Assembly: GCA_963743985.1 (NCBI GenBank) | Contig: CAVUSD010000031.1 | Coordinates: 28,136 to 92,135, forward strand | Length of the DNA stretch: 64,000 nt | Origin: an uncultured Solirubrobacteraceae bacterium | GTDB taxonomy: Bacteria; Actinomycetota; Thermoleophilia; Solirubrobacterales; Solirubrobacteraceae | Direction: 5' to 3' | In this document: piece by piece, positions 27,910 through 38,118 of the stretch | Layout: every line of letters begins with the position of its first letter | How positions within the stretch are numbered: position 1 is the stretch's first letter | Notes under the pieces: generated by a model | The model's database searches: none | What the model saw: the letters and a program-made list of their open reading frames with translations, nothing else | What the model was told of the DNA's origin: nothing | Program-made: the position numbers and the translations under genes

Positions 27910-29631
27910 CTAGCCGAGACCGGAGACAGGCTGCTCCGTCACCCGCGCCGGGGTCGGCAGGTGCCGGGCGATCCATGGGAACTCAGGGACGCCGAGGCCG
28001 CTCGCCAGGTCATATCCGGGTTTGGCGGCAAAGCCCGGGATGTTCGGAACCAGCGCGTTGTTCCCGTGGACGATGTCGAAGAACGCCTTCGGACCTTGGC
28101 TGCGGAGGTCGTAGAAGAGACCGTTGGCCGGACCGAGGGGAGGTTGGTGGTCGCGCCGCTGCTCGGCGCTGATGATCGCCATCGCCGTCGCGACCAGCGG
28201 GGCCGAGGCGCTCGTGCCCGCGTCGGCCTCCCAGTTTCCCCCCAACGAGACCGGCCAGCCGGGAAACGCCGAGGCCGCGGCCGCGACGTCGGGAACGGCG
28301 CGCTGGCCGCCGGGCGGCAGGAACCCGAGCTGGTACGGCGGTCGCGCCGAGAAGCGTGAGAGGCCGCCTCCCCCGGCACCGGAGCTGTTGTCCGCGCTCT
28401 TCCAGCGCCGGTCGTTCCAGACGACTTCGTCGCGGCGCGCGTTTGAGCGGGTGAGCGTCAACCGGGTCCCGCCCACCGAGGTCAGGAACGGGGACGAGCC
28501 CGGCCAGGTCGTCCCGTGCATCGGACGGTGGTTCGGGTAACGGGCCCCGTCGCAGCTCGATCCGTCGTCGCCGGCCGAGGCGTAAGCGCCGACGCCGGCC
28601 AGCCCCAGCCTGACCAGCAGCGCGTCCAGCAGGGCCGATCCGGCTCGGGTGGCAGGGCTGGCGTCGGGCCCGTTACCGAGCACGTCGGTCTCGCAGATGC
28701 CGTAGGAGATCGAGAGGCTGTCGGGCAGCGGCGGGTGGTCCAGCACCTGGGAGACGCCGAGGAACCACTGCTCGGCGCTGGCAGGCGCTTGGGTGAAGAT
28801 GATCGACGCGGACGGCGCCATACCGCGGACGAGTGCCAGATCCTCCTGGGGCTCGAAGAACCCTGGGGTGATCGGCCGCAGTTGCCCGTCGGTCAACAGC
28901 GTTCGGGAACGCAGCTTGCCGTAACCGAAGCACGCGGCGTTATCGGCGATGTCCTTGGCGGACGGTCGTTCCGACACGCCGAAGATCGCGACGGTCGCGC
29001 CCCGGCCCGGACCGAGCCGGTCCACGCCGTAGGCATGGCGCACCTGGGCGTAGCTGAAGGCGCCGGTGGCCTTGGCCTTGGCGCACCCCGCCTGCCACGT
29101 CCCGGTGCGCTTGGGGCCGGCGACCGCGGCGGCGCGCGCGCGCGACGGTCGGAACTCCTGTTGGAAGGCGGGGACGACATCTTCGACCAGCGGCCGAAGG
29201 TCTGCGGGAAGTCGCAGCGGCCGCGACGCGTTGAATACGTACGCCGGGAGCCCCGAGCCGGAGCTGATGCCGTGCTTCACATGCGTCTTGAACACCTGCT
29301 CGAAGCGCCGCGGGGTGCCGGTGACGCGGGCAAACACGCGGGTCCGATCAACCCGCACCGAGAACCCGCGTCGGCGCACGTCGCGAACGAACGCCGCACG
29401 CACCGCGCGACTGGCGCCGTACCGGGCCGCCACCTGGCTCGGGCTCAGGAACCGACGGTACGTTTCAGAGCCGGGGCGCTGCACGGCAAAGAACGCCGCC
29501 TGCGCGCGCGCCTCGGGCCGCGTCAGCCCGAAGTAGAACGTGATCCGCTTCGGCGCCGCGGCGACCGCACTCCCCGCAGACAGGCCGACGATCAAGACCC
29601 CCAGCAACAGACCCCGGCCGATCCAACGCAC
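27910..29631 (-). CDS. Secreted S53 (sedolisin/kumamolisin-like) peptidase with prodomain
   Basis: Signal peptide, EPQED, SAGDDG, SVGGT, RAVPDV, GTSASAP, GYDLASGLG. Confidence 0.9.
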   Translation of the reverse strand: MRWIGRGLLLGVLIVGLSAGSAVAAAPKRITFYFGLTRPEARAQAAFFAVQRPGSETYRRFLSPSQVAARYGASRAVRAAFVRDVRRRGFSVRVDRTRVFARVTGTPRRFEQVFKTHVKHGISSGSGLPAYVFNASRPLRLPADLRPLVEDVVPAFQQEFRPSRARAAAVAGPKRTGTWQAGCAKAKATGAFSYAQVRHAYGVDRLGPGRGATVAIFGVSERPSAKDIADNAACFGYGKLRSRTLLTDGQLRPITPGFFEPQEDLALVRGMAPSASIIFTQAPASAEQWFLGVSQVLDHPPLPDSLSISYGICETDVLGNGPDASPATRAGSALLDALLVRLGLAGVGAYASAGDDGSSCDGARYPNHRPMHGTTWPGSSPFLTSVGGTRLTLTRSNARRDEVVWNDRRWKSADNSSGAGGGGLSRFSARPPYQLGFLPPGGQRAVPDVAAAASAFPGWPVSLGGNWEADAGTSASAPLVATAMAIISAEQRRDHQPPLGPANGLFYDLRSQGPKAFFDIVHGNNALVPNIPGFAAKPGYDLASGLGVPEFPWIARHLPTPARVTEQPVSGLG

Positions 29632-29763
29632 GGCGACAAGATAACGACCCTCACCCGGGACGCAAGCGCCGAGCGGGCGTCTGAGTCAGGTCACCGGCGT
29701 GATCGTCGAAGCGATCACGGCCGTCTCGTAGCCCCGGGCGTGTCGTGCCCTCGGACAGAGTAG

Positions 29764-29781
29764 TCTCAACACTTGCTGAGA
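29764..29781. promoter_or_regulatory. TetR operator-like palindrome upstream of tetR
   Basis: TCTCAACACTTGCTGAGA, related to the sites at 32009-32047. Confidence 0.55.
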
Positions 29782-29815
29782 TTCCGCGCGAGCGCGAGCG
29801 CGGCCCGCACCGCCG

Positions 29816-30454
29816 ATGCCCGACCCCGAACCCAGATCGAACCCCGACGGTCGCGCGGTTGTCCCGGTGCACCGAGGCCCGCGCGACGATCGGGGCGTCG
29901 TGGCCGCGCAGATCCTCCACGCCGCCCGCGCAGCGTTCGCGAGGAACGGCTACGCAGCGACGTCGTTGCGGTCGGTCGCGCGCGACGCCGGCGTCGATCC
30001 GGCCCTGGTGACGTACTACTTCAAGAGCAAAAGCGGGCTACTGGACGCAGCCTTGGTGCCGCCCCCCTCTTGGGCCGAGTCGATTGCGACGGCCGCCGCC
30101 AGTCCGATCCGCACGCGCGGCGCGGCGCTGGTTCAGACGATGATCACTGGTTGGGAGCAGCCCGAGACCGCGGCGTTCCTGCGGTCGACGATTCTTGCCG
30201 CGGCTCACGAGCCGATCGCCCGTCAGCGTCTGGCCGCGAATTTCGCCGTCCACATCCTCGGGGCCGTCTCGTCGACGCTTGACGACGAGGAGCGGCTGCT
30301 GCGCGCCTCGCTGGCCGCGTCCCAGATCGTCGGCGTCGCGATCATGCGCTATGTCTGGCAGGTCGACCCGCTCGCGACGGTCTCGGCTGATCGAGTCGTC
30401 GAGCTGATCGCGCCGACGGTGCAGCGCTACCTGAACGGGAAGATCGCCGCGTGA
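29816..30454 (+). CDS. TetR family transcriptional regulator
   Basis: ILHAARAAFARNGY.ATSLRSVARDAGVDPALVTYYFKSK; LAASQIVG..MRY. Confidence 0.93.
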   Translation: MPDPEPRSNPDGRAVVPVHRGPRDDRGVVAAQILHAARAAFARNGYAATSLRSVARDAGVDPALVTYYFKSKSGLLDAALVPPPSWAESIATAAASPIRTRGAALVQTMITGWEQPETAAFLRSTILAAAHEPIARQRLAANFAVHILGAVSSTLDDEERLLRASLAASQIVGVAIMRYVWQVDPLATVSADRVVELIAPTVQRYLNGKIAA

Positions 30455-30459
30455 CTCCG

Positions 30460-31983
30460 TCAGGCCGCGACACCGTTCCGGGTCTGACCATGCGCGGCCG
30501 CCGGCTCTGACCGCTGCCGGCGGCGCAGCCCCACGATCACCGTCAGCGCCGCGAGGAACGCCGCACCGGCGGCCGCCAGCAACGCGACGTTCAGCGCGAT
30601 CGTGAACGCCTCGTGCGCGCGGGCGGGAATCGGCGCCGGCAGGTGCGCGGCGATCGCGAACGAGCCCCGCACCGTGCTCGCGAGCTGTGTCGACAGCCCG
30701 GTGACGTCGACCCGCGAGCTGTAGACGCCGGTTAGCAGGCTCCCGATGACCGCGATTCCAAGCGCTCCGCCGACCTCACGCGATAGATCGTTCAACGCCG
30801 ACCCGACCCCCTGCTGCGAACTCGGGAGCGCTTCGGTGATCGCGGTCGTCGCCGGGGTCATCGCCGCGCCCATCCCGGCACCGAGGACGAGCAGGCCGAT
30901 CGCCATCAGCGCGTACGGGGTGTCGGTCCCGAGCTGGGCGAGGATCGCCAGGGCGAGCCCCACCATCACCAGACCGACGGCGCAGACCGAGCGAGTGCCG
31001 AACCTGCCGGTCAGCCGCGGAGCAAGGCGGGACACGGGGATCATCGTGGCGGCCAGCGGCAGCACTTCCACGGACGCGAGCAGCGGCGAGGCGCCACGGA
31101 CGATCTGCAGGTACTGCAGGACGATGAAGGTGAAGCCGTAAAAGGCGAAGAACTGGATGAAGATCGATGCCGAGCCGCAGGCGAGCGCCCGGTCGGTGAA
31201 CACGCGCGGATCAAGCAGCGGCGACTCCTGCGACAGCTCCCAGCGGACGAACCCCACCAGCAGCGCGATCGCAAGCGCGAACCCGACGAGCGTCCGCCCG
31301 GCCAGCCAGCCGTGGTCGGGGGCCTCGATCACCGAGAACACGAGCGCGAGCAGACCCGCCACTGCCAGCAGCGCACCACCGATATCGAGCCGCGGCGCGG
31401 CGGGATCGGCTGATTCAGGCACGAAGCGAACGGTCCCGGCAAACGCCAGCGCCGCCAGCAGCACGTTGAGGCCGAAGATGAGGCGCCACGACAACACGGC
31501 GAGCAACCCGCCCGAGCAGAGCAGGCCGAGAATCGCCGCCCCACCCGCGACCGCCGCCCAGATGCTCACCGCGCGCGTGCGCTGAGCGGGCGGAAACGTG
31601 CTGGTGATCGTCGACAGCGTGGCCGGCATCACCAGTGCGGCCCCGACCCCCAGCACCGCGCGCAGGGCAATCAGCTCAGTGGCCGAGCCGGACGTCATGG
31701 CGACCGCCGAGCCGCCACCGAAGATCGCCAGTCCGATCAGCAGCGACATCCGGCGCCCGTAACGATCGCCGATTGCCCCGCCCGGCAGCAGCAGCGCGGC
31801 AAACGCCAGCGAGTACGCGTCGATCACCCAGACAAGCTGCGTCTGGCTGGCGTGGGTGTCGCGCGCGATCTCCGGCAGCGCGACGTTCAACGACGACATC
31901 GCGGCCACCACCGCGGCCAGCGCAAGGCAGACCACGGCCGTGATGGCGCTATGAGCAGTCGAAGATTCGGTGTGGTTGGTCAT
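30460..31983 (-). CDS. DHA2 (EmrB/QacA) MFS efflux transporter
   Basis: LNVALP, WVIDAY, GDRYGRR, MPATLS; about 14 TM segments. Confidence 0.93.
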   Translation of the reverse strand: MTNHTESSTAHSAITAVVCLALAAVVAAMSSLNVALPEIARDTHASQTQLVWVIDAYSLAFAALLLPGGAIGDRYGRRMSLLIGLAIFGGGSAVAMTSGSATELIALRAVLGVGAALVMPATLSTITSTFPPAQRTRAVSIWAAVAGGAAILGLLCSGGLLAVLSWRLIFGLNVLLAALAFAGTVRFVPESADPAAPRLDIGGALLAVAGLLALVFSVIEAPDHGWLAGRTLVGFALAIALLVGFVRWELSQESPLLDPRVFTDRALACGSASIFIQFFAFYGFTFIVLQYLQIVRGASPLLASVEVLPLAATMIPVSRLAPRLTGRFGTRSVCAVGLVMVGLALAILAQLGTDTPYALMAIGLLVLGAGMGAAMTPATTAITEALPSSQQGVGSALNDLSREVGGALGIAVIGSLLTGVYSSRVDVTGLSTQLASTVRGSFAIAAHLPAPIPARAHEAFTIALNVALLAAAGAAFLAALTVIVGLRRRQRSEPAAAHGQTRNGVAA

Positions 31984-32008
31984 GTCCCGGTCCTGTTCGC
32001 TGTCGAGT

Positions 32009-32047
32009 TTCATCACGTACTGAATCTTATCTTCAACACGTGATGAA
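32009..32047. promoter_or_regulatory. Tandem TetR operator palindromes TTCA-N8-TGAA upstream of the MFS gene
   Basis: TTCATCACGTACTGAA (32009-32024) and TTCAACACGTGATGAA (32032-32047) in an AT-rich patch. Confidence 0.7.
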
Positions 32048-32130
32048 AATCAAGGTCTTCTGATGCCGGTACCGACGACGACTGCTCGTGGTCGTCGAAT
32101 CGGGCCTGGATCCGAGATAGCCTCGGACGC

Positions 32131-32670
32131 GTGGAGTCCACACGTGGCCAGCTGCTGATCGCGGGTCCGGGGTTGCTGGATCCGAACTTCCAGCGAACGG
32201 TCGTGCTGATCGTCGAGCACACCGCCGAGGGCGCGTTCGGCCTGGTGCTCAACCGGCCGTCCGAGACGACCGTCGCCGAGGCGGTTGATGAGCTCGACCG
32301 TTTCGTCGACGGCGATGACACCTTGTTCATCGGCGGCCCGGTGAGCCAGTCGGCGCTGATCGTGCTCGCGGAGTTCGACGACGCACAGCAAGCGGCGCTG
32401 GTGGCGTTCGAGGACATCGGCGTGCTCGGCGAGCAGGGCGATGAGGCGCTGCCGCAGACCCGTCGTGGACGGGCGTTCGCGGGACACGCCGGCTGGGGCC
32501 CCGGCCAACTGGACTCAGAGCTTGACCGCGGCGACTGGATCCTCGAGCCGGCCGATCGAGAGGATGCGTTCGCCGACGAGCCGGGATCGCTGTGGGAATC
32601 GGTCCTGACCCGCAAGGGCGGCAGTTACGCGCTGGTCGCGAGGATGCCGGCCGACCCGTCGATGAACTGA
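32131..32670 (+). CDS. YqgE/AlgH family protein
   Basis: DPNFQRTVVL, GLVLNRP, GGPV, GHAGWGPGQL. Confidence 0.93.
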   Translation: MESTRGQLLIAGPGLLDPNFQRTVVLIVEHTAEGAFGLVLNRPSETTVAEAVDELDRFVDGDDTLFIGGPVSQSALIVLAEFDDAQQAALVAFEDIGVLGEQGDEALPQTRRGRAFAGHAGWGPGQLDSELDRGDWILEPADREDAFADEPGSLWESVLTRKGGSYALVARMPADPSMN

Positions 32671-32672
32671 TC

Positions 32673-33602
32673 ATGGGTCACGATCACAGCCACTCGCACG
32701 GGCCCTCGCGGGAGACCGAGCGCAGCGCGCTCAAGACCGCGCTGGTCCTGATTGTCGGCTTCATGCTCTGCGAGGTCGTCGTCGGCATCGTCTCCTCCTC
32801 GCTGGCCCTGCTGTCGGACGCTGCCCACATGCTGACCGACGCGGTCGCGCTGGCGATGTCCCTGGTCGCCGCGCGGCTTGCGACGCGGCCCGCGGGGGGC
32901 TCGATGACCTTCGGCCTTGGCCGCGCCGAGATCCTGTCGGCCCAGGTCAACGGTGTGACGCTCCTGATCCTCGGCGTGCTGATCGTGATCGACGGGGTCC
33001 GCCGACTGTTCTCCTCGCCGGAGGTCGACGGGCTGCCGGTGCTGATCGTGGCGCTCGTCGGCATCGTCGTCAATCTGGTCGCCGCCCGCGTCCTGGCGGG
33101 TGGCTCCGGGGAGAAGCGCAGCCTCAACATCGAGGGCTCCTACCGGCACATCCTCACCGACCTGTTCGGGTTTATCGCGACGGCGATCGCTGCGGTCGTG
33201 ATCCTGGTGACGGGGTTCGACCAGGCGGACGCGATCGCCTCGCTGCTGATCGCCGCGATCCTGCTGTTCGCGTCCTACGGCCTGCTCAAGCAGTCGGGGA
33301 GGGTGTTCATGGAGGCCGCGCCGGAGGGGATGGACCCTGAGGAGATCGGTCGTGTGCTGGCCTCCGAACCGGGCGTGGTCGAGGTCCACGATCTGCACGT
33401 CTGGGAGGTCACCTCGGGATTTCCGGCGTTGTCGGCGCACGTGGTAGTGCACGTCGACGATGACTGCCACGCGGTCCGCCGGAGGCTGCAACAGGTCGCT
33501 CACGACCGGTTCGAGATCTCGCACACGACGCTCCAGGTCGATCATGAGGCGGCGCCGCAGCCGCCGCTGCAGATCGAGCTGCCGACCGCCACGGCCGATT
33601 AG
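32673..33602 (+). CDS. Cation diffusion facilitator (CzcD/ZitB-like)
   Basis: His-rich N-terminus, SLALLSDAAHMLTD, HILTD, VHDLHVW, HTTLQ. Confidence 0.93.
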   Translation: MGHDHSHSHGPSRETERSALKTALVLIVGFMLCEVVVGIVSSSLALLSDAAHMLTDAVALAMSLVAARLATRPAGGSMTFGLGRAEILSAQVNGVTLLILGVLIVIDGVRRLFSSPEVDGLPVLIVALVGIVVNLVAARVLAGGSGEKRSLNIEGSYRHILTDLFGFIATAIAAVVILVTGFDQADAIASLLIAAILLFASYGLLKQSGRVFMEAAPEGMDPEEIGRVLASEPGVVEVHDLHVWEVTSGFPALSAHVVVHVDDDCHAVRRRLQQVAHDRFEISHTTLQVDHEAAPQPPLQIELPTATAD

Positions 33603-33611
33603 GATCGGGGC

Positions 33612-33995
33612 ATGAAGCTGATCAAGCCGGGACCCGATCGTGAGGTCCCGCGCGGGATCGTCGGCGGCGCCGAGATCTCGCAGGCGACGGCCGGAGCACA
33701 CCACATCTACATGGGCCGATTCCGCGTACCGGCGGGTGCGCGCTCGCGCCCGCACTACCACGAAGGGTGCGAGAGCGCGCTCTACATGCTGTCGGGCAGC
33801 GTCAGGGTTCGATGGGGCGCCGATCAGCTCGAGCAGCAGCTCGAGGTCACCCCGGGCGACATGCTCTACGTGCCGCCGCGCGTGACCCACATCGTCGAGA
33901 ACGTGTCGGACTCAGAACCCGCCGAATACGTGGTGGCGCGGGACTCGCCAACCGAGGACGCGGTCGTCGTCCCCTGGGCGGAGCCCGGCGCATGA
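33612..33995 (+). CDS. Cupin domain protein
   Basis: PHYH..ES..Y..SG; PGDMLYVPP..H. Confidence 0.88.
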   Translation: MKLIKPGPDREVPRGIVGGAEISQATAGAHHIYMGRFRVPAGARSRPHYHEGCESALYMLSGSVRVRWGADQLEQQLEVTPGDMLYVPPRVTHIVENVSDSEPAEYVVARDSPTEDAVVVPWAEPGA

Positions 33996-34858
33996 TCGAG
34001 CGCGGCAGCGGCCGCTTGGCCGGGGTCGGCGGGCTCGAGCTGTTCCGGCGGTGGTGGCGCGGTGAACGGGCCGATGTCGACACGCCCGCCGCCGTCGTCG
34101 TGCTCGTGCACGGCGCCGGCGAGCATTCGGGTCGATACGAGCACGTCGCCGAGCGACTGGTCGCCGACGGCTGCGCCGTCCACGCGCTCGACCATCGCGG
34201 CCACGGCCGCTCGCAGGGCCCGCGGGCGCTGATCGACCGCGTCGACCATGCCGTCACCGACCTGGACGCGCTCGTCTCGGCGGCCGTCCAGCACGAGTCG
34301 GCGGCGTCGATCCCGGTCCTCATGGTCGGCCACAGCATGGGCGCGATGATCGCGTTGCGCTACGCCTGCGACCACCAGCACCGGCTCGACGGGTTGGCGC
34401 TGTCGGGCGCTCTGGCCTCGATCGACGCGTCCCCGACGCTACGGATCGTCGGGCGGGCGATCTCGAGGGTCGCGCCGAAGGTCGGCCTGATCGCGATTGA
34501 CCCGTCGCTGATCAGCCGCGACCCCGCCGTCGTCGCGGCCTACCGCTCCGACCCGCTCGTCCACCACGGCAAGCTGCCGGCGCGCACGGCCGCCGAGATC
34601 GCGGACACCGTCGCCGGCTTCCCGGGCCGGGTGTCCGAGATCACGGTGCCGACGCTGATCATGTACGGCACCGAGGATCGGCTGTGTCCGCCGGCGGGCA
34701 GCCAAATGCTCGGCGAGCGAATCGGCGCCACCGACAAGCGCGTGATCCCGTATCCGGGGCTCTACCACGAGATCTTCAACGAGCCCGAGCGCGACGCGGT
34801 GCTGTCGGACCTCAGCGAATGGCTGGGTGCGCGCGTTGCCGCGCGCCCGGCGAGTTAG
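33992..34858 (+). CDS. Alpha/beta hydrolase (lysophospholipase / monoacylglycerol lipase family)
   Basis: HGAGEHSGRY, DHRGHG.S, GHSMG, YHEIFNE. Confidence 0.92.
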   Translation: MIERGSGRLAGVGGLELFRRWWRGERADVDTPAAVVVLVHGAGEHSGRYEHVAERLVADGCAVHALDHRGHGRSQGPRALIDRVDHAVTDLDALVSAAVQHESAASIPVLMVGHSMGAMIALRYACDHQHRLDGLALSGALASIDASPTLRIVGRAISRVAPKVGLIAIDPSLISRDPAVVAAYRSDPLVHHGKLPARTAAEIADTVAGFPGRVSEITVPTLIMYGTEDRLCPPAGSQMLGERIGATDKRVIPYPGLYHEIFNEPERDAVLSDLSEWLGARVAARPAS

Positions 34859-35751
34859 CCAACCAGCGGCAGCACCAGCGCCGGGCGGTCGATCTCGTGA
34901 TCGTCGGAGATCGAGATGACCGCCGTCCCGATCGCGAAGAACTCGATCACGTGGGAGCCCCAGCCATGGCTGCGCTCGATGATCCGCGCACCGACGATTC
35001 CGTCCGCCTGCGCCTCATCGGCCTCGTTCTGCATCCGCTCCATCGCCAGTTCGCGCGCTTCGTACAGCGCCTGAGTGAAGTTCGGCATCTCGACGTTGCG
35101 GCCGATCTGCTTCAGCGACGCGAGCATCCCCTGACGCGCGACGTGGTAGACGCAGTTGCCCATCACCAGGCCGGCTGGGCGATAGCCGGCGCGTAGCAGG
35201 GTCGAGAAGTCCTGGCCGCTCAGGTCCGAGGTGAACGGCCGCCCACTTGGCGTGCGGTGCAGGACGCCCTCGCGATGGCGCACGGCGGTGCCAACCGCGA
35301 TGAACTCGGCGAGGTCGGCGCCCCAGTCGTAACGGCCGATCTCCAGACGGACGCCGACGATCCCGTCGGCGCCCAGCTGGTCGGCCTCCTCCTCCATCCG
35401 CGTCATCGCCAGCTCGCGGGCGTGGTACATCGCCTGCGTCAGGACCGTCATCTCCTGGTTCTGGTTCCACATCGCCTGCTGGAAGCCGATGTGGTAAATC
35501 GAGCTGCCGAGCACCAGGCCGACCGGCTCGAACCCCGATTCCTTGACGAGCAGAAACTCGTTGACCGACAGGTCCGAGGTGAAGAAGCCGCGAGCGGCAT
35601 CCCCCTTCATACGCGCGATCCGCTGACGGCCGGACGCCGGTATTCCCTCGAGCGAGCCGGTCTTGTAGGCCGCCGCGTGCGGCCCATCGGCCGGCACAAC
35701 GTCCTCGCCCTGGGGCTGCTTTGGGTCGTTGTCGCGGCTGAACAGCGGCAT
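34855..35751 (-). CDS. Protein with two YbjQ-like (putative heavy-metal-binding) domains
   Basis: Internal duplication: FTSDLS...ARELAM.RM..EA....ADGIVG...EF.A.GTAV occurs twice. Confidence 0.85.
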   Translation of the reverse strand: MPLFSRDNDPKQPQGEDVVPADGPHAAAYKTGSLEGIPASGRQRIARMKGDAARGFFTSDLSVNEFLLVKESGFEPVGLVLGSSIYHIGFQQAMWNQNQEMTVLTQAMYHARELAMTRMEEEADQLGADGIVGVRLEIGRYDWGADLAEFIAVGTAVRHREGVLHRTPSGRPFTSDLSGQDFSTLLRAGYRPAGLVMGNCVYHVARQGMLASLKQIGRNVEMPNFTQALYEARELAMERMQNEADEAQADGIVGARIIERSHGWGSHVIEFFAIGTAVISISDDHEIDRPALVLPLVG

Positions 35752-35857
35752 CGTCGCTCCTATCCGTCGAGCCGGCCGCAGGCGCGCCCGGCAGCTTGCC
35801 TGCTCCGCAGGCTACCCGTTCGCCGCGGTCAGGAGCCGGGCGTCGGGCGACCGTGTC

Positions 35858-36253
35858 CTATGCCTCGAGCATCCGCTCGAGCGCCTCCCGCGTGACCTGG
35901 CTGCTCCGGGCCTGCTCGGCGAGCGCCCGGCCGAGCTCATGCAGCCACTCGTCGGTGTCGACCCGCTCGGTCTTGAGCACGATACCGCCGGATAGCCGAG
36001 CGCGACTGGTTGTGACCTTGGCGCCGTCGCGGTCCAGCCGTAGCCGGGTGTCCCCCGCGTCGACGGTGATCTGGCGGACCTTCTTGGCGCCGAACAGGGC
36101 GCCCCGCCGATCGACGCGAACGCCGTTGGGCAGCGCCTCTTCGAGCTTGACCGCCAGCGCCTCGACGAACGCCCCCAGATCTGACGCATCGGCCCGCAGG
36201 GAGGCGGTCACCAGCTCGATGTCGAGCTCGGGTTCGGGTCGATCGAGTGCCAT
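35858..36253 (-). CDS. Hypothetical protein
   Basis: GC-frame-consistent ORF MALDRPEPELDIELVTASLRADASDL...; co-oriented with the YbjQ gene. Confidence 0.7.
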   Translation of the reverse strand: MALDRPEPELDIELVTASLRADASDLGAFVEALAVKLEEALPNGVRVDRRGALFGAKKVRQITVDAGDTRLRLDRDGAKVTTSRARLSGGIVLKTERVDTDEWLHELGRALAEQARSSQVTREALERMLEA

Positions 36254-36382
36254 CTTGAGCACGGTTGAGCGTACCGGGGCGGCCGCAGCAGGGGAATCGA
36301 CGCGCTGGACGCGGCTTGGACCGGACCTGATCCGGCCACGTTCGTCTTGCCCTGACCGGACGCTCCCATATGCTGCGCGCCC

Positions 36383-36598
36383 GTGATCGAAATCGAAGCG
36401 CACATCACGGGCACGGTCTGGAAGGTCGAGGTCGCCGTCGGCGACACGGTGGCCGAGGGCGACGCGGTCGTCATCCTCGAGTCGATGAAGATGGAGATGC
36501 CGGTCGAGGCCGAGGATCCCGGGACCGTGCGTGAGATCCGTTGCAGCGAGGGCCAATCGGTGTCCGAAGGCGACGTCCTCGTTGTCCTTGACGACTGA
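36383..36598 (+). CDS. Stand-alone biotin carboxyl carrier protein
   Basis: ESMKME biotinylation motif; 71 aa. Confidence 0.93.
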   Translation: MIEIEAHITGTVWKVEVAVGDTVAEGDAVVILESMKMEMPVEAEDPGTVREIRCSEGQSVSEGDVLVVLDD

Positions 36599-37397
36599 TC
36601 CCACCTCCCCGGGGCGACTGCTGGTCGACGAGCCGGCCGCCGGCGTCGTTCGGCTGACGATCTCGAACCCGGCCAAGCGCGGCGCGCTCGACCACCCGAT
36701 CCTCGACGCGTTCGTCAGCACGCTCGCCGGGCTCGACGCCCGCTGCCTGATCGTCACCGGCGAGGGCCAGACGTTCTCTGCCGGCTATGACATCGCCGGC
36801 CTCGACTCCGAGACGCGGGAGACGGCCGCCGACGAGGCCTCTCGGCTGGTGGCGCAGCCGTTCGCGGACGCGCTCGGTGCGCTCGACGCCTACCCGTATC
36901 CGACGATCGCCGCGCTCAACGGCCCAGCGATCGGCGGCGGCCTCGAGCTGGCGCTGTCCTGCGACCTGCGCGTCGCCGCCGCCACGGTGCAGCTCGGGAT
37001 GCCGCCGGCCAAGCTCGGCCTGGTCTACTCGCACACGGGGATCCGCAAGTTCATCGACACGATCGGCGCACCCCGAACCCGAGAGCTGTTCCTCGTCGGC
37101 GGGCGGATCGACGCCGCGACGGCCTTCTCCTGGGGACTGGTCAACCAATTGGCGGCCGCCGACGAGCTGACGTCGACGGCCGTGGCCTTGGCGTCTGAGA
37201 TCGCCGGCAACGCGCCGCTGGCCCAGGCCGGCAACAAGCGCGTGATCCGAGCCGTGCTCGACGGGCAGGCGGCGCTGGCTCCGGCGGCCGAGCGCGAACT
37301 GCTGGAGCTACGGCTCGGCTCGTTTCGCTCCGACGATTTCCGCGAGGGCGTGCGCGCCTTCGCCGAGAAGCGCTCGCCGCGTTGGACGGGTCGATGA
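36588..37397 (+). CDS. Enoyl-CoA hydratase/isomerase family protein
   Basis: FSAGYDI, AIGGGLELALSCD, MPPAKLG, EGVRAFAEKR. Start approximate. Confidence 0.9.
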   Translation: MTTDPTSPGRLLVDEPAAGVVRLTISNPAKRGALDHPILDAFVSTLAGLDARCLIVTGEGQTFSAGYDIAGLDSETRETAADEASRLVAQPFADALGALDAYPYPTIAALNGPAIGGGLELALSCDLRVAAATVQLGMPPAKLGLVYSHTGIRKFIDTIGAPRTRELFLVGGRIDAATAFSWGLVNQLAAADELTSTAVALASEIAGNAPLAQAGNKRVIRAVLDGQAALAPAAERELLELRLGSFRSDDFREGVRAFAEKRSPRWTGR

Positions 37398-38107
37398 GCT
37401 CGGGGTCGGCCGAGCCGATCGGCGACGGGTCGTGGTCGGCCGAGCGGCTCGGGTCTGCCTCCGGATCGCCGCTGGTGGTGTTCGTTCACGGCGGCTTCTG
37501 GCGCGCTCGCTGGGACGCCTCGACGACCCGGGAGATCGCCCGCCGGTGCGCGACCGAGCTCGGAGCGGCCGCGTGGAACCTCGAGTACCCGCGGGTGGGC
37601 ATGGAGGGCGGCGGCTGGCCGGGCACCGGGGTCGCGGTTCGCGCAGCCGTAGCGGCGGCCTTGCAGGAGGCGGACGCCGACGGCCGGCCGGTCGCGCTGG
37701 TCGGCCACTCGGCCGGCGGTCAGTTGGCGCTGTGGGCCGCCGCGGAACTGCCGTCGGTCGCGCTCACGGTGTCTCTGGCCGGCGTCTGCGACCTGCGCGC
37801 CGCCTATGCCGAGGGGCTCGGCTCCAACGCCGTGGCGGAACTGTTCGGCGGCCGTGAGCCGACTGAGGCCGAGTACGCTGCCGCATCCCCGATCGAGCGG
37901 CTGCCCCTCGGCGTCAAGTCGCTGCTGATCCACGGCGACGCTGACGACCGCGTACCGATGTCACAGAGCATCTCGTTCGCCGGCCGGGCCGGATCGGAGT
38001 GCACGTTCGAGCAGTTGCGGCGTGCCGGCCACTTCGACGTGATCGACCCGCATGGGCCTGCCTGGCCGGCGCTCAGCGAGGCGCTACGGGGGTTGGCGAC
38101 CGCGTAA
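37394..38107 (+). CDS. Alpha/beta hydrolase (esterase)
   Basis: HGGFW, GHSAGG, HGDADD, GHF. Confidence 0.88.
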   Translation: MSSGSAEPIGDGSWSAERLGSASGSPLVVFVHGGFWRARWDASTTREIARRCATELGAAAWNLEYPRVGMEGGGWPGTGVAVRAAVAAALQEADADGRPVALVGHSAGGQLALWAAAELPSVALTVSLAGVCDLRAAYAEGLGSNAVAELFGGREPTEAEYAAASPIERLPLGVKSLLIHGDADDRVPMSQSISFAGRAGSECTFEQLRRAGHFDVIDPHGPAWPALSEALRGLATA

Positions 38108-38118
38108 GACGCCTTTGG

